Source: Chlorokybus atmophyticus (taxonomy: Eukaryota; Plantae; Mesostigma and Chlorokybus algae). From it: a DNA stretch of 64,000 nt. The position numbers were made by a program, and so were the translations under genes. Positions 1 to 13,128 of this stretch are shown here, one piece after another. Position 1 is the stretch's first letter; every line of letters begins with the position of its first letter. The stretch covers positions 200,702 through 264,701 of the forward strand of contig RHPI01002069.1 of NCBI GenBank assembly GCA_009103225.1, in the 5' to 3' direction. The notes below the pieces were generated by a model, which worked only from the letters and a program-made list of their open reading frames with translations, made no database searches and had not been told where the DNA came from.

Positions 1-69
<69 letters not shown>

Positions 70-71
70 AC
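1..71. repeat. (CA)n/(CG)n microsatellite
   Basis: About 26 CA units followed by a CG run; direct reading. Confidence 0.95.
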
Positions 72-98
72 AGCAGGCAGCGCGCGTTATATGTCAAT

Positions 99-227
99 AC
101 AGTTCCCCTCAAGGGGGATACTGAAATGGGGGGGGGGACTCTAAGGTAAAAACACAGTCCCCCCCCCCCCCCAATTTGCCGGGGGGGACTATGTTCGGGG
201 GGGGACTGTGTTGGGGTAAATACGGTA
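99..227. mobile_element. Small inverted-repeat remnant with G/C homopolymer runs, possible MITE end
   Basis: AACACAGTCCCCC (~151) pairs with GGGGGACTGTGTT (~200). The region ends GGGGTAAATACGG-TA, which resembles Tc1/pogo-type TA-flanked termini. Confidence 0.3.
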
Positions 228-449
228 GGCAGCGACCGTGCGTTGCGTGTGCGATTTGCGCGTATATGGAATCTGCCATGCAGCATCCATGCTTTTCACT
301 TATTCAACATAATGACATTTTAGCATGCAACACCAGCACACACAGATGTGCTTGTTTTAAGCATGGTGGCAGCAAACGCAGCGAACTCTGGCTGTATTGT
401 AATAGTGAAAGGGTTGCTGCTTGAGTTGATTGCTACATTTCAGCATGCA

Positions 450-600
450 CCACCACACACATGTCCGTGTTCTAAGCTGGAGGCGGTGAAGCGTCGCATG
501 TATGTTGATTACGCTCCTTGGGACATCTTCTACCCGCTGGCAATGGAGACATATGGCAAGCTAAGTAAGGACTTTCAGCACGTGCTGCGTTTGTGTTGTC
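450..600 (+). pseudogene. Fragment resembling the C-terminal restriction-like endonuclease region of a CRE/R2-type non-LTR retrotransposon
   Basis: KLEAVKRRMY...FYPLAMETYGKLSKDFQHVLR in ORF 348-812 fits the E-x-x-K-x-x-x-Y...F-x-P-L-A-x-E-T-x-G pattern recalled for these elements. No RT domain is visible nearby. Confidence 0.45.
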
Positions 601-2559
601 ACGCCACGTCTCCTCGACTGCCATGTTACCTCGATGCACTCACTAGCACATGTCCACCATGCTGCTACTCATACACAACACTGCAACTTCATGCAATGTA
701 TGCTCCTTTTACTTATACACTAGCATGTCTAGCTGCATGTGTAGTGAACACGCTACACCCTAGCACGTGTATGGCACTTGTAACTTGGTATGGTAACTTG
801 CTGACCAGATAGCTACATCTGTTTAGTCACACTACTTATACAATGAACAATCCAATGACTCATGTCTTAATCTAGCACAACCAATTAAGAATGCACCAGA
901 TTATTTTGAAAGCTACTTGGACTTGCTCTCATCTAGCTCCAAGTGATGCATACATTGTCCAAGGGTCTCGCCATGTATATGTGTGTGAAGCAAAGTATGT
1001 ATTGCAAGCTACTGCACCACACATGCTGCCGAGGTGGAATCCGGCCATGGCGGTGGCGACGGCCCAAACGCGCCTGCCTTTGCCGACCCACCGTGAGAGT
1101 GTGATGTTCATGCACGGTAGCGCCACACCTTGTGCGTGCATATGAAGTGTGTGTGTGTGTGCACATGCCCACATGTGAGCATGCATGCGCGCATGTTGTG
1201 CGTACATGCATGTGCACGTGTATGTGCATACACGTGGAAACGTGCGTGCGCATGTGCCATGACAACAAATGTCACACGCACCTGCCAAGCGCCGAGTAAA
1301 GCTCTGGCTGCTACCGATGTGCTGATGGAGCGCGTGGAGGCCGCCCATGGCATCAGCAGTGTGCATAGCGACCACACGCACACGCCCTACATACCCATAC
1401 CAATGTTTAGTATTATCACAATGACGCCCTACAGTGTGCTTGCGGTGCTCTGCAGGTGCTTCCTTTGCTGCTTGCTGCTGCCCCCTCCCCCTTCCCTCTG
1501 CCCACACTCCTCCCCCGGTCTATAGCTAGTGCACTTAGCTATAAATTTTATGGGGCCCCCCACCCCGTTGTTTTTGCCTTGCTTGCGCTGTATTATCAAG
1601 CTTTGCTGTGCTGTGCTTGCTTGCGTGACTGATTGGCCCCAATCCATCTGTTGTGTACTGTGCATAGCGACCACACGCACACGCCCTACATACCCATATC
1701 AATGTGTATTATCATCATAATGAACACCACATGTCTGTACTTCTCTCACCAGTGCGAGCACGAGCTTGGACCCGAGTGAATCCGCGGCGGCCCCTCTTGG
1801 AATGCCCGTGAGCGCGTAACCCCACAAGAAGCTGCCCTGCACACTTTCATCAATCAAGTTACACATAAGGTTTGTACAGGTGAGGTTTTGTATGTGCTTA
1901 CATGGACAATACCGGCAGTGGTTTCACCCCACTCGTTGGCAGCGGAGAGCGGCACGATGGCGGCTGACACGCTGCTGCATGCATTGCACAAACCCTGCGG
2001 ACCGTACCATTCGCATCACAGTGAACATCATCATTATTGTCATCATTGTCATCGTCACATGATGGTGGTAGACTGTGTAACAATTGCAGACACACAACGG
2101 GGAAGACATGCTGTGCACATTCGTTCATCTGCCGGCTTTGAATGTGACAGTAACTACTCCACTGCATACACACTTGTACTGATTCATTCATCATGCCTTT
2201 ACCCATCATCAGTCAAGCAGCAGCAGTCAGGAGCGCTTGCAAACAAGGTTGCCACAAGCCAGGCATGATGGCCTCACCAGACACAGCAAAATGTGGGAAT
2301 GACCCCACAATGAATAAGTTAGCTATAAAGATGTACTCTGTCGTCCGAGCTACTATGGTTGGAGGTATTGCGTACAGGTCTCTTCTACTGGACTAAGGCC
2401 AAAGCCAGCCGCCGCTACATGAGTTACACAAAATGCCCTACTACTCAGCCAGAGGGCAAGCGAAGCCACAGTCAAAGCGTGGCAGTTGGAAACCCACAAC
2501 CAAAAGTGTCCATGAGTGGTAGTCAATTGTAACGTGACCTGTCCCACCCATGTGCGCCA

Positions 2560-5037
2560 TCAAGCCATGGATGCAACTGGCTGTGGAACCTTATCAGCAA
2601 CAGAAGGGTTCTTGTCTGCAACTGAGTGCAGCTTGGCATCACCGTTGGCCGTAGTGGGAATGGGAACAGCTGGCAGGGCATGGGGAACATGAGCTCCATT
2701 GGAGGCATGCATGGTGCCATTGCTGACCCTATCTGCAGTGGGTGCTACCGCGTGCGGGTAAACTGGGTGATTTCCATCGCTACCAGTGCGCAGTTTGCGA
2801 AGTTGTTCCTGGACCACATACAGCAACATAAGCGACTAACATACGTACCAGGTATCAATTGCCAACTGAGATTTGTCTACAAGGCGTACCTGAAGGGCAT
2901 TGTTCTCCTGATTGAGCGCAGCACACGTGTCATGCAACCGCTGGACCTCAACGCGCAGGGTAAGATTCTCTTGCGTAAGGTTGTCTACGCGCGTGCCAAG
3001 CTCCTCGCATTCAGCTTGCTTGCGAAGGCGTGAGCGCCTGGCGGACTCTCGGTTTGACTGCTTGCGCCGCTGCCTTTTGACTTCGCGCTCATCCTGATGG
3101 GAGGGGTGCTGAAAGACAGTTGACATTAGCAAGTAGCCAGGTGAGAAGCAAGAGAGCACTGGCAGCGTTTGCACTCACCCAATATTCACCAGATCCTCCT
3201 GGAGTAGCGCCGGCAACAGCAGCTGCACCAGCAGAGCCAGAGGTGGGGCTGGGTCCTGAACAGTCCATCATCAATGAGGGTCATGTTGTAACTGTTGCTT
3301 CATAAACTTCCCCTAGGGCCACAAATGCTACATGACCTCGTCAAAATAGCCTGCAAGCAATGCGTACCCTCAACAGTTAATATATCGTAACTCCGTTTCT
3401 TGTTCTCGCCAGCATCACTACCGCTGGAGCGATCGCTGCCGCTAGAACCACTGTGTGAACACAGAACAAGGTCTTAGGCCTGTCGCACTAAATGAAACGC
3501 AGTGCCAAGCAATGTGTTATACCTGTTGCTTGCTCCAGCAGTAGCCTCGTCAGCTAGCCTATCGGAGTCCTTTTTGTGCAGAGGTGCAGGCTTAGTGAAG
3601 CCTTGGGTGGCAGGAGTGGACGCCTGCAGCACCATGATGTTGTTTTAGTATAGCCCTCTTCAACAGCCAGCCAGCCAAGGAGCAACCCTGAGCATGCAGC
3701 TCACCTTAGGTTTGGAAGCCGCAGGTGGCTCGGTCGCAGTAGGTGCAGCTGCAGCGGTGGTGGGAGTAGTAGCTGCTGCAGCGGCCACGATTGCAGGAGT
3801 AGCTACCCCTGGAGTGGCAGTTGGGGCTTGTGTAGGGAATTGCCCGAACGGGTGGGCACCCTGCAGCACCTGGGTTGAGCTAACAAAGCAACATTATGCC
3901 ATACAATAGCAGCTGAGAAGCTTGGAGCAAGCGCTTACCACAAGAGGGTGTCCATACATGGCCCCGTGGAACATGGGCGAGAAAGGAGCAGGAGGGGAAG
4001 CACCGTATTGTGCCATCAATTGCTGGCCACCCCAAACATAAGGATGCGGTGCTTGAGGAGACGAGGGTACATTAGGGTAATAGGCTGCACCGGGAGGTGG
4101 CTGCCCGCCAGCATTATAGAACGCCTGGTATGCTGCTGCCCATGCACTGTAGTCGGGCGGCGCGGGAGCTGCAGGGACCTCGGTCTGCCGACCGAAATGT
4201 TGCAGTCAGCATTCCAAGCATGCGTTCCAGCTGATGTGCAGACACAGCAAGCAAGTGCTGTGCGTAAGGCACAACCAGTATGGCAGCAAACAAGCTGCAA
4301 ACCTTCCCAAACCCCCCCNNNNNNNNNNNNNNNNNNNNNNNNNNNNNNNNNNNNNNNNNNNNNNNNNNNNNNNNNNNNNNNNNNNNNNNNNNNNNNNNNN
4401 NNNNNNNNNNNNNNNNNNNNNNNNNNNNNNNNNNNNNNNNNNNNNNNNNNNNNNNNNNNNNNNNNNNNNNNNNNNNNNNNNNNNNNNNNNNNNNNNNNNN
4501 NNNNNNNNNNNNNNNNNNNNNNNNNNNNNNNNNNNNNNNNNNNNNNTCTCACCCCTCCCCCTCCCCCTCCCCAACACAACACTGGCGTGTGTAAAACACC
4601 CGGACAAGGAACAAGCACCCCCTTTAGTCCTAACAAGGTATGTTGACGTTATGATACAGAGAAGAATGCCATGCAATAACTGCATCAGACTCTGCGGCTA
4701 ACTCTGCTGGCACACGTCGCAATCCATGTCACGGGCGCAGGTGAGAATTGGCTGCAATGCGTAAACTTTGGTCGGACTGCTGACGGTAAGTATGCGCTAG
4801 AGCTCAACACACTCTGTGTCGCTTGCGCCCCTTGAACGTAAGCTATATTTGCAACACTAAGGGAAACACTAGCGGGGCGCTCTGTGCCCCCTGCTGGAGA
4901 ACCGCATGCGATGCAACCAATGAAGAAAAGCGGCGGGGGAGTACCTTGGTGGGTGGCGGGGGAGTTGATGCCGGGGCGGGCGCGGGAGAGGGAGTAGCAG
5001 GAGCAGAGGCAGCGGCCGGTGCGGCTTCGGTGCCCAT
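2560..5037 (-). CDS. GBF: G-group bZIP transcription factor (G-box binding factor), 8 predicted exons
   Basis: Exons with GT-AG borders and consistent phases: 5037-4945, 4184-3939, ~3870-3705, 3623-3523, 3450-3368, 3255-3179, 3093-2890, 2808-2560. MFMR-like region ([14 protein letters not shown]...[12 protein letters not shown]), a KKRSY motif, and the b[35 protein letters not shown]. An N-gap lies in intron 1 and could hide an exon. Confidence 0.93.
4319..4547. other. Assembly gap (229 N)
   Basis: Run of N flanked by C-rich low-complexity sequence. Confidence 1.
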
Positions 5038-5414
5038 TATGCTGCCAGGTGCGTACCAGACAACGGCAGCAAGGCGTGCCGCCGCTAACAGCAGCAAGAG
5101 CGAGCCATTGCCTGCCACATGGGGGCACGTAAGGCTGTGTGCTCAAGCACACGTCAACAAGCAACGGCCATGCCTCTAACGAGCACAACGACAGTCGCAA
5201 CCCCATTCCCGCTGCCATAACATGCCGCCCAGACTGCCGCAGCAAGGCGGCTAGGGCCTGAGATGAAGGCAAAACAGCTAAAAATTGCTACCTGCGCCTG
5301 CTCGTCAGCTCCAGAACAAAACCTCCAGACGCGCGAGCTGTTGACCAATACCTCGCCACGAACAACACCACCACCGCTAGGCCCCGGCCGCCAGCAACGC
5401 CGCCGCCCCTCCTT

Positions 5415-5424
5415 GCCACGTGGC
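5415..5424. promoter_or_regulatory. Perfect palindromic G-box GCCACGTGGC in the 5' region of the GBF gene
   Basis: The motif is read directly; function is inferred. Confidence 0.45.
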
Positions 5425-5507
5425 CACTAGAGCTACGCGCACGCGGCGAGTAACCCGTAAAATATTTTTTGCCCGGCAATCCACAGTACAGCTGGACTGT
5501 GAGCGGC

Positions 5508-5536
5508 TAGGGTTTCGCCTGCTGACGCAGGCCCAC
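5508..5536 (-). promoter_or_regulatory. Telo-box (AAACCCTA) with an adjacent site-II-like GGCCCA upstream of GBF
   Basis: TAGGGTTT at 5508-5515 and GGCCCA at ~5530; a known plant promoter-proximal motif pair. Confidence 0.3.
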
Positions 5537-6779
5537 CGCCCCGGAGGCACGCCACATAAGCGCCGTCATCACTAACCGCGCGTTCTTATGATCGCAACGA
5601 AGGCTTTAGCTAACTGATAAAGATGCCCACTCGGCAGCCTGGAACAGTGTCAAGGCTGTGCTACTGCAGTAAACATGGTTGGCGTACCGGTTAGCTATGG
5701 CGATGTGGCGGCCATGGCGCCCACAACCGTGCGCGGCGCACGCCAAAAAAGGGGGTTGGGGCAGCCGTCATAAATAACGTACTGCAACAATCTTGAGCCT
5801 CTCACGTTTGCCCTTACCACTCTACGTTGAGTTGTATGGGCGAACGTGTTTTGTGTTAAACCAATAACGTCTGTACAAACGTTATTGTGTTACAACACAT
5901 AACATTGCGAAGGCGCACGCGAACGTTGTCGCGCTTGCTGTAAAGTGGGCCACAACATGACCAGTCGCGGCTTTCGACTCTTGACATCCAGCTGGACTTT
6001 GCGCGGCCGCGGGAGGTTGGTCCTACGTGGGCCGGGTGGGAGGTGAGCAGACTCGTAGCAGCGCTGCAGCAGCCCCAGTCGACGACGCGCCCTGCATTGT
6101 GTGCCCTACGCCCCTGTTCCCGTCCAGTACCGCGGGCCAGTGCTTACCCGCGACCGTTCCAACGAGACCGTTCCACGGAATGGTACCGCAGGCACTCTGC
6201 TGCAGTTTCGGCCCCTGCTGCAACCGTTCCGACAACCGGCGCGCCTGCAACATTGCATTGCAAGTTGCAGACACTGCATTGCAGCCTGAACGCACACCAG
6301 CAGCCAGCATTGCAGCAATGCAGGCTGCAATTTGCAGCATTGGCATTGCCAATTTGGCAATGCTGCACTGCCCTTTCATGAACCCGTGCCATTGGTGACT
6401 TATGTGTGTGTGGGGTCGGAGTGACAGAGCTGTTACCCGCGGCCGCTCGATGTCAGCAGCTCCTAGCTTCCCGCGGCTAGGGCCTATTGACCGACGGGTT
6501 AGGGGGTGGGGCTGCCTTCTTGCGGTGTGGCGCCGCCACAGTGGCGGCATACGCGAGCTGACTGGATCAGCTGATGTGTCGTGCGCGCCCACGCGCGTTG
6601 GTGCCTTCAACTGCTGCTGGCCGTCAGATCGAGAGTTGAAGCGCTATCAGTTTATCCAGATCTACGGCTCTTTTCCCACGTGTCGTCGCAAAAATCACAT
6701 AAATGCCAGCCGATCACGGTGGCGCGCCTCCACGTGCAAGCGGTCTAGCGGCTTGAGTCGAGCCTTGATGTCGCATGTA

Positions 6780-7502
6780 GGGTGACTTGCCCTACTTCGG
6801 ACGACTTAATAAGGACGGGCCGTCGCTCGTGGCCCTGTTGTTCGTTTGGGGGAGATAGTGCGTTGGAAAGCTTTATGAACTCAGCTTTCCAACGCACTAA
6901 CCGGCCTAGTTATAGGTTAACAAACGCGTTCACCACACCCTTTCAAAGCTGAGGGTGGTGAAAGTGCTGACAAAGTGAAAATGCTTAACTTCGGACGCGG
7001 GCAAATCAATCAAGCGGTAGCAGGGCGTTAGCCTTCCGCCATAACTTTTGCTATAGTTAACGAATTAGCAAGCCCTTTTGTGATGCTTGTTAATAACTGA
7101 GTATGCTAAGAGAGCATATTCAGCCGTTTATAAGCATTACACAGCCTCTCATAGTAGCGATTTTGCTACTGTGGCTTAGTCGGTTAAAGCCAGGTTCCAC
7201 ACCTTTTGCGGGCCGTTCATAGTCAATAAGGCGGTCACATACAACAAAGACCACCCCAAACGGCCGTCCCTAGCGCTATCCATGGCGGTTTCAAGTTAAC
7301 ATTCCTGATCAACGCACTCTAAGTAGAAGTTTAGCGTCGTTACTTAACCAATCAAGCTGGAACTTGGTTGCTTAGACGCGTTAGACAAATAGCTACAAAA
7401 TAAACCATCATTTGCTTTACTTGACTGCGAATTGATGAAATGCCGATCAATGGTAATTTTGTCCAAGATTAGGCATTCGTCCGAAGTTAGGGCAGTTCAC
7501 CC
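6780..7502. mobile_element. Non-autonomous TIR element (MITE), TA target duplication
   Basis: Left end TA|GGGTGACTTGCCCTACTTCGGACGA; right end TCGTCCGAAGTTAGGGCAGTTCACCC|TA (~25-bp imperfect TIR). No internal ORF. Confidence 0.8.
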
Positions 7503-8689
7503 TAGAGCGCGACACAACAGGCCTATATAAACTTCGTTGTTTGTCACATTGACAATGCTTTCACATAGCAATTTACATGCAAAGCAGCATGACGCTTACC
7601 GGTAGTCCGGCGCTAAGTTATGGCCTTATCATGCGTTATCATTTATGGGGCTCTCCCGCTTCATCATCATTCGTGCGGCTGGTGGTGTATTCATGTGAGT
7701 GTGGGCGCTTGGTGTGGGGCTGTAGTGATTGATGTACGTTCGGAAGTTGATGCTGCCGGACCTCCTCCACCAGCTATGCCTTACTCAAGTTCGATTACAA
7801 GTCCTTGTGTGTGCACAAGTGTGGTACGCTGCCGAGCAGGCAAATAACTCTTAATACGTTACAGTATTCTTAATGGTTTCCTTTTCGAGGTGTACCCTGG
7901 TGAAATTTAGGTTCAATGCGCCCCAATGGCTCTAGCAAAACTTTTTTGTGTATCGTTTAATATATCCCTAAAAGCTCTACATTTAGAGTTGCCATTTTCA
8001 CAGTTGGCAAGGCTTTGCAACAGCAAGTTTGCGTCGTGGTATTCGAGCTTACTTACTTTATACCGTCAACAATGTGTGCCAAAAAAATTGGCTTTAAGCG
8101 CTGCTATTTTTGGCGTGCCGACACGTGAAGCTTGACGATATTCGCAATAGCTCTTGACTTTTGTGGAGATGCACAAGCGCTAGCACGATATGATTCGCAC
8201 CCGTTCTGCTGGTTTGAGGCGTCGCCTTAGATTAACTCCGGTTTTGCGCGCATTGAACGAACCAACAACCAGCTTGACTTTCGTGATGTTTGAGCAAACT
8301 TAATAGCGTTTATTGACCTTGCGGCGCTTGCAAGGCTTTGCAATGCTGTTATCAACACACTGTGATGAAGCGTGACGTTGCGATCAGGTGCTTATTTTAT
8401 GCAGGGTTGTATTGTGGCCTGCATGCGACACCTATAATCTATAGGCATGTACATGATAATACATAACGACCCAATGGCAAGGGGCTGAACCTAAAGCCTT
8501 AACGCAAGATAAATGTACATAAAAATTCACCCCTACCCCTACCCGCAGCACGGCAAGGGTGAACACGATGGCCAAGGAGGAACACTAAAGTGTCATCTTG
8601 ATCTAGCCAGCGAAAAAACGTGGAGATATACGAAGCCGACAACCATCGTGGAGCACGGCCACATACTGTACAGAGGAGCCAAGTCCTTT

Positions 8690-8990
8690 TAGCAGCCCGA
8701 GAGCAACTGCCCAGTGCTCAGATGGTTCCGCATACATCTTGTCGAGATTCAAGAAGTAGACCACAGCAAGGAACGCCGTCGTTATCGCTCAGTACCAGGC
8801 ACCCAGCAATGCAATGGGGATCGGGCGCAATAGACTGCTTCACTTCACGAAAGCTATGTTGCTTCTGCATGAGCTGCGTAGATGAGGACTACCGTCACTG
8901 CCTCAACAAGTCGCATGTGCCACATTGGCAGCAGCAAAAGCTCATCGCTAGCGAAGAGGATGCTGAGAACCTCGAGCAAGACGTAAGCAC
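8690..8990 (+). pseudogene. Degenerate fragment resembling the Cys-rich C-terminus of an unclassified DNA-transposon protein
   Basis: ...YRSVPGTQQ (one frame), then SRKLCCFCMSCVDEDYRHCLNKSHVPHW (shifted frame). The assignment rests on a recalled pattern only. Confidence 0.35.
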
Positions 8991-11900
8991 CCTCATTTGA
9001 CTGATGCTTATGTACTTGTAATCTCAAAGTTTAAATCTATGCCGTTTGCAGCTCCTGCTAACCAATCAACAAGCACTGGCCCTTTGTATTCGAGTTGGAG
9101 AGACTTTGATAGTTGCTGCGGACAAGGTCCCAAGCAAGTACGACGATTCGGCACCTTACTGAGTTTTGCGGTGCACGAAGCTAGCCATTAAAAGCAAATC
9201 CTCAGCGATGCGCTCTGATGTTCACGGCGTCAGTATACCTGCAAATATTTTGTACATTACAGGCGCATATTATTGCAAAATCGACGACTCCATTGTGTGA
9301 CCGCAGAGGAGTACCCAAGGAGGTACCTATGCTTTTACCGCCACCCTCACAAAATTGCCAGCATATCAATTAACTTGTTTAGGTGCGTGGAGCGGTTTCC
9401 AATCGACCGAGAGAACCAAGCCTAGCGAGCAGAGTGAAGCAGCTCATTGAGAACACTTGAGACAAAGTAAAAGAATTAGCATTTGTTATCCCGGACAAGT
9501 ATCACGAGATGATCTTGGACGTGTTGTAGAGTACTGTGGGAGAGCACTGTGATACAGTACTGTAAGATACTCGTCTTAACTTGTGTTGTTTTTGGGTGGC
9601 TATCACAATGAGCGATTGTACTCTACAAGTAACAATGTGTTGATAGAGTAATGCCAGCAGATTTGCTGCTCATGTTTAAATAGACTTGAACTTATGTTTG
9701 TTCTACAGCAGAGTATGTCAGTTGGCCGAGGTTTGCCAACATGGCAGATTTACTGTTGGCAGAAAAGCATGCTTTTTTATGCCAACTGTGGCTAGCCGTT
9801 AGCAAACCTTTATCAACAGCTTGCAACTGCACATGCTCCAAGCTCAGCAACGGGCAAGCAACAATTGTTGGCAATATCGAGCTTATATGGTGTTTTTAAA
9901 ACAACATCCGTGTTCACGTTTTGTCCCCTCTAATCGTGCGACGCCATACCCCTTGCGCTTTGGTTTAGCCAGCAAGGGTGGTGAGTGTCTCCACCAATTG
10001 TGCCTCATTCAGACCCTAGTGTAATTACACTATGCCAAGGCGGCCAACCACCTCGCGGTAAGTGTCCATAAACTTACCTATCCTACGCTCACACCAATCA
10101 TCTTTAACGGTTCATTACCTTTAAATGCGAGCAACACATCAGATCATGCTTAAAAACCATAATTGCATTGTTATGTAAAGCCACATAAACTCAAGAGCAT
10201 ATAGTGCGCAATATCAACAATGATATTAAAAATAGCAACATTTGTACGTTTCGAAAGTTTTGCGGAAGTTTGTTGAATCTTTGGATGCTGAATCAAGCAC
10301 CACTTGTAAAAATTCAACACTTACTAAAATTAAACATATTGCTGAAACATTTAACAACAACACTGAATTGCTAAACAACGGTTTGTACATGCATTTAACA
10401 GTTATGTTAAACAGTTCAACATTAACATGTTCAACGTGAGCCACGGTGTATTGAACACCATTGTTGAAGTCTTAACACTCAACTTCACTGTCGTAACATT
10501 AGGCACTAATGTTCACATGCTCAACATAACTCATCTTTGGTGGACGGTCCAAAAAGACGCAATTGCGCACCGTGGGCGGGCAGGGGGGGGGCGCTAAATG
10601 CCTTCATGCCGTGCATATGCTAGGCATGCGGTCATGACATGAATGCCACACAGACTTTATGATTAAAACATATAATAATCATTATAATTCACAGTGGGCG
10701 ATCAAGCGTCATCACCTCAGTTATATGACATATGACGTAATTGATGATGCTCCGCTATAAGGGGCTAGGATAAATAGAGCGAACTTCGTAGTGCACCTCA
10801 ACCTCGTGTAAGTTACTTAATGTGCGCTGTAAGGCACATCTTAACTGTGCAAGTAGCTTTAAGTTTTGTGGGTAGCTAAAGCTCATTAAGAACTGTTTAG
10901 TAATTGTAAAAACGCCTTGGTTTACTATATATTGCGCTAATAACGTATCCTTGTAATGTGTATTATGAATCACTCTTAAACCCAAGTTATACGAAACTTG
11001 ATTTCGTTATACTGCTTTTGCATATCTTCACCACAACGAGTGAGGTAAAGCGTGTCTAAAAGCTATAATGTGTACAATAAAATTTTAAAATTTCATGGCA
11101 TTTGCCGCGGCAGGCTATAAGTTATTGTTGTTGTTCTTATTAATTCTCCCCTATAGCTATAGCGCCCACATTGAAGGCCATGGGCACCATAACACTGTCA
11201 TCGCTATACTTGGTTTCAGCGGCCAAAAGGTTGGTGACGACCTTAGTGTTATTGTGTAAGACCATTGCTGGTCATACTGCTGATGAAAACATCAATTCCT
11301 ACTTTGCAATGGCCGGCAATTAGCGCCAATAATGGCTATGTTATCACGAATTTAGGGCAAACTGCGTTTCATGGTTTAGCCTTAAGGACCCAACTTTGAG
11401 CGCTACCGACAACACGTCGCTGGTCCATGATCAATAACACAATACCGTTGTGTAGAGAACATTTTTAGCTAGGGTAAGTGTCATTAACTTCGGATAGTAT
11501 CTTAAAATCGGACTTAGCGCTGGGTCACTTGGGATGCTGTGGAACTTGCATTTGGCGGCCAAATGAGGTGGTTGTTGTTTTGTCGTGTAGGTATAAGCTA
11601 ATGTCGTGCCTGCACCAAGTCACAACCTTATTGGATTAAAGATGGCGCGAAGGCAATCAGTCAAGTATCTAAATTCATGTGTTGCAGCACTAGTTATTTG
11701 ACTTTGAAGTCTTAAGGATAGGCCTGGACTTGGCCAATGGGGGCGCTTGATAGCTCTACATTTGGCCCTTGTTTTCTAGTTAACGACCCTAAGAGGGTTT
11801 GTTCAACAGCCTTGTCATTTGAAAGTTGTGGCGGGGAATGTGCAAGTGTGAAAAGTGGCAATTTTGCGCAATTGCAATTTTTGGCCGCGGGGGTTGCGTG

Positions 11901-12339
11901 GGTTCAGTGTGTTGGCGTGGGTGGAGTGGTTGGTTGGCGGTGGCGGTGTGCAAGTGTTAAGGAATGCGAGTGGGTTGCATAGGGGGGTGGGCTGTGGACA
12001 CATACGGTGGGGGAGCATAACGTATACCATATGTGACATGGTGAAGGGGCACACCAGGCGAGCATGCAAGTCAAGGCACACCAGACTGCACACAAGAAGA
12101 TGAGGTGAGACCTTGTGTGCAGTGCAAGGCATGTTGCCTAGCCTAGTACAAGGGTTGTTGCTATAAGTGCACCTCTATCGCTATGTGCCTGACTATGCTG
12201 TATGATACAGGAGACAACGCCTACGCAGGGCAGCAAGCGAGCATGTGACACACCCTCTGCCTCTCGCCCATATAAGAGGGCGAGGGGCCGCAGCAAGGCT
12301 TCTCTACGAAGCTGTTTGGGCACCATTAGGCGCAAGGGC

Positions 12340-13128
12340 ATGCACTATGTCAATTATGGCGCAAGGAGTCAGGGCCGGGGTCATCTGCTGAAGATGGCAG
12401 TGGCTGTTGATGATGTCTAGGCTGGCATGAGCTTTAGGATATCTGCTGCTGTCCATGGTGTTGCCAAGTCCACCCTGTATGACTATGTGCACTACCCTGA
12501 TAAGCTGCAGCTTCCCATTCCTATGGGGCGTCCACCTGTGATGACTGTGGCCGAGGAGAGGGACTTGGTCGAGTGGATCAACTGGTGTGCTAAAAACAAT
12601 CATGCTGTCGCCCGCCCAGCGCTGTTTCAGAAGGTGAAGTCAGCATGTGCACATGTACGTGTTTGCATAATGTGTTTGCAGAGACTCACCCTTGTGTTGG
12701 ATGGTGCAGGTGGTCAGCATGCTCAAGGGTGATCCTAAAGAGCGTCTCAAGAGGTTTGGCATCAGTGGGTGTCCTGGCTACAAGTGGCTGCGCTTGCTCA
12801 TGACCCGCCACCAGTTGGCATTGCGATTTGCAGAGGGTCTTGATAGAAGGCGGTGGCAAGCGTGCAACCGGGAAAATGTGGAGGGCTTTTTCGACTTGTA
12901 CTTGAAAACTCTGGAGGAGCTTGGCATCGATGAACCAACACACACCTTCAATGCAGACAAACTGGCTTTGAGCCGAACAACCTAGGTATGTCCCTTGCAC
13001 ACATATAGCAGATGTTAGTGGCAATGTGAGCTCATGCTGTCTAAGTGTATGCAGGCACGGTGAAAGTGATCTGCAAGAAGGGGTACAAAAACCCCTACTA
13101 CAACCAAGTTGGCAGCCGCGATCACGTG
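12340..13128 (+). pseudogene. pogo-like transposase, N-terminal part (HTH_psq/CENP-B-like HTHs, start of DDE), intron-containing
   Basis: SFRISAAVHGVAKSTLYDY, GRPPVMTVAEERDLVEWI, GYKWLRLLMTRH and TFNADK (degenerate NxDET). In-frame stops are present. Interrupted at 13129 by the LTR element. Confidence 0.85.

Noticed and set aside
929-1525. Cys/His/Val-rich overlapping ORFs
   Set aside because: They derive from TG/CA repeats in intron-like DNA, are open in several frames and have no domain.
4016-4701. Long ORFs spanning 4.0-4.7 kb
   Set aside because: They are open only because of the N gap.
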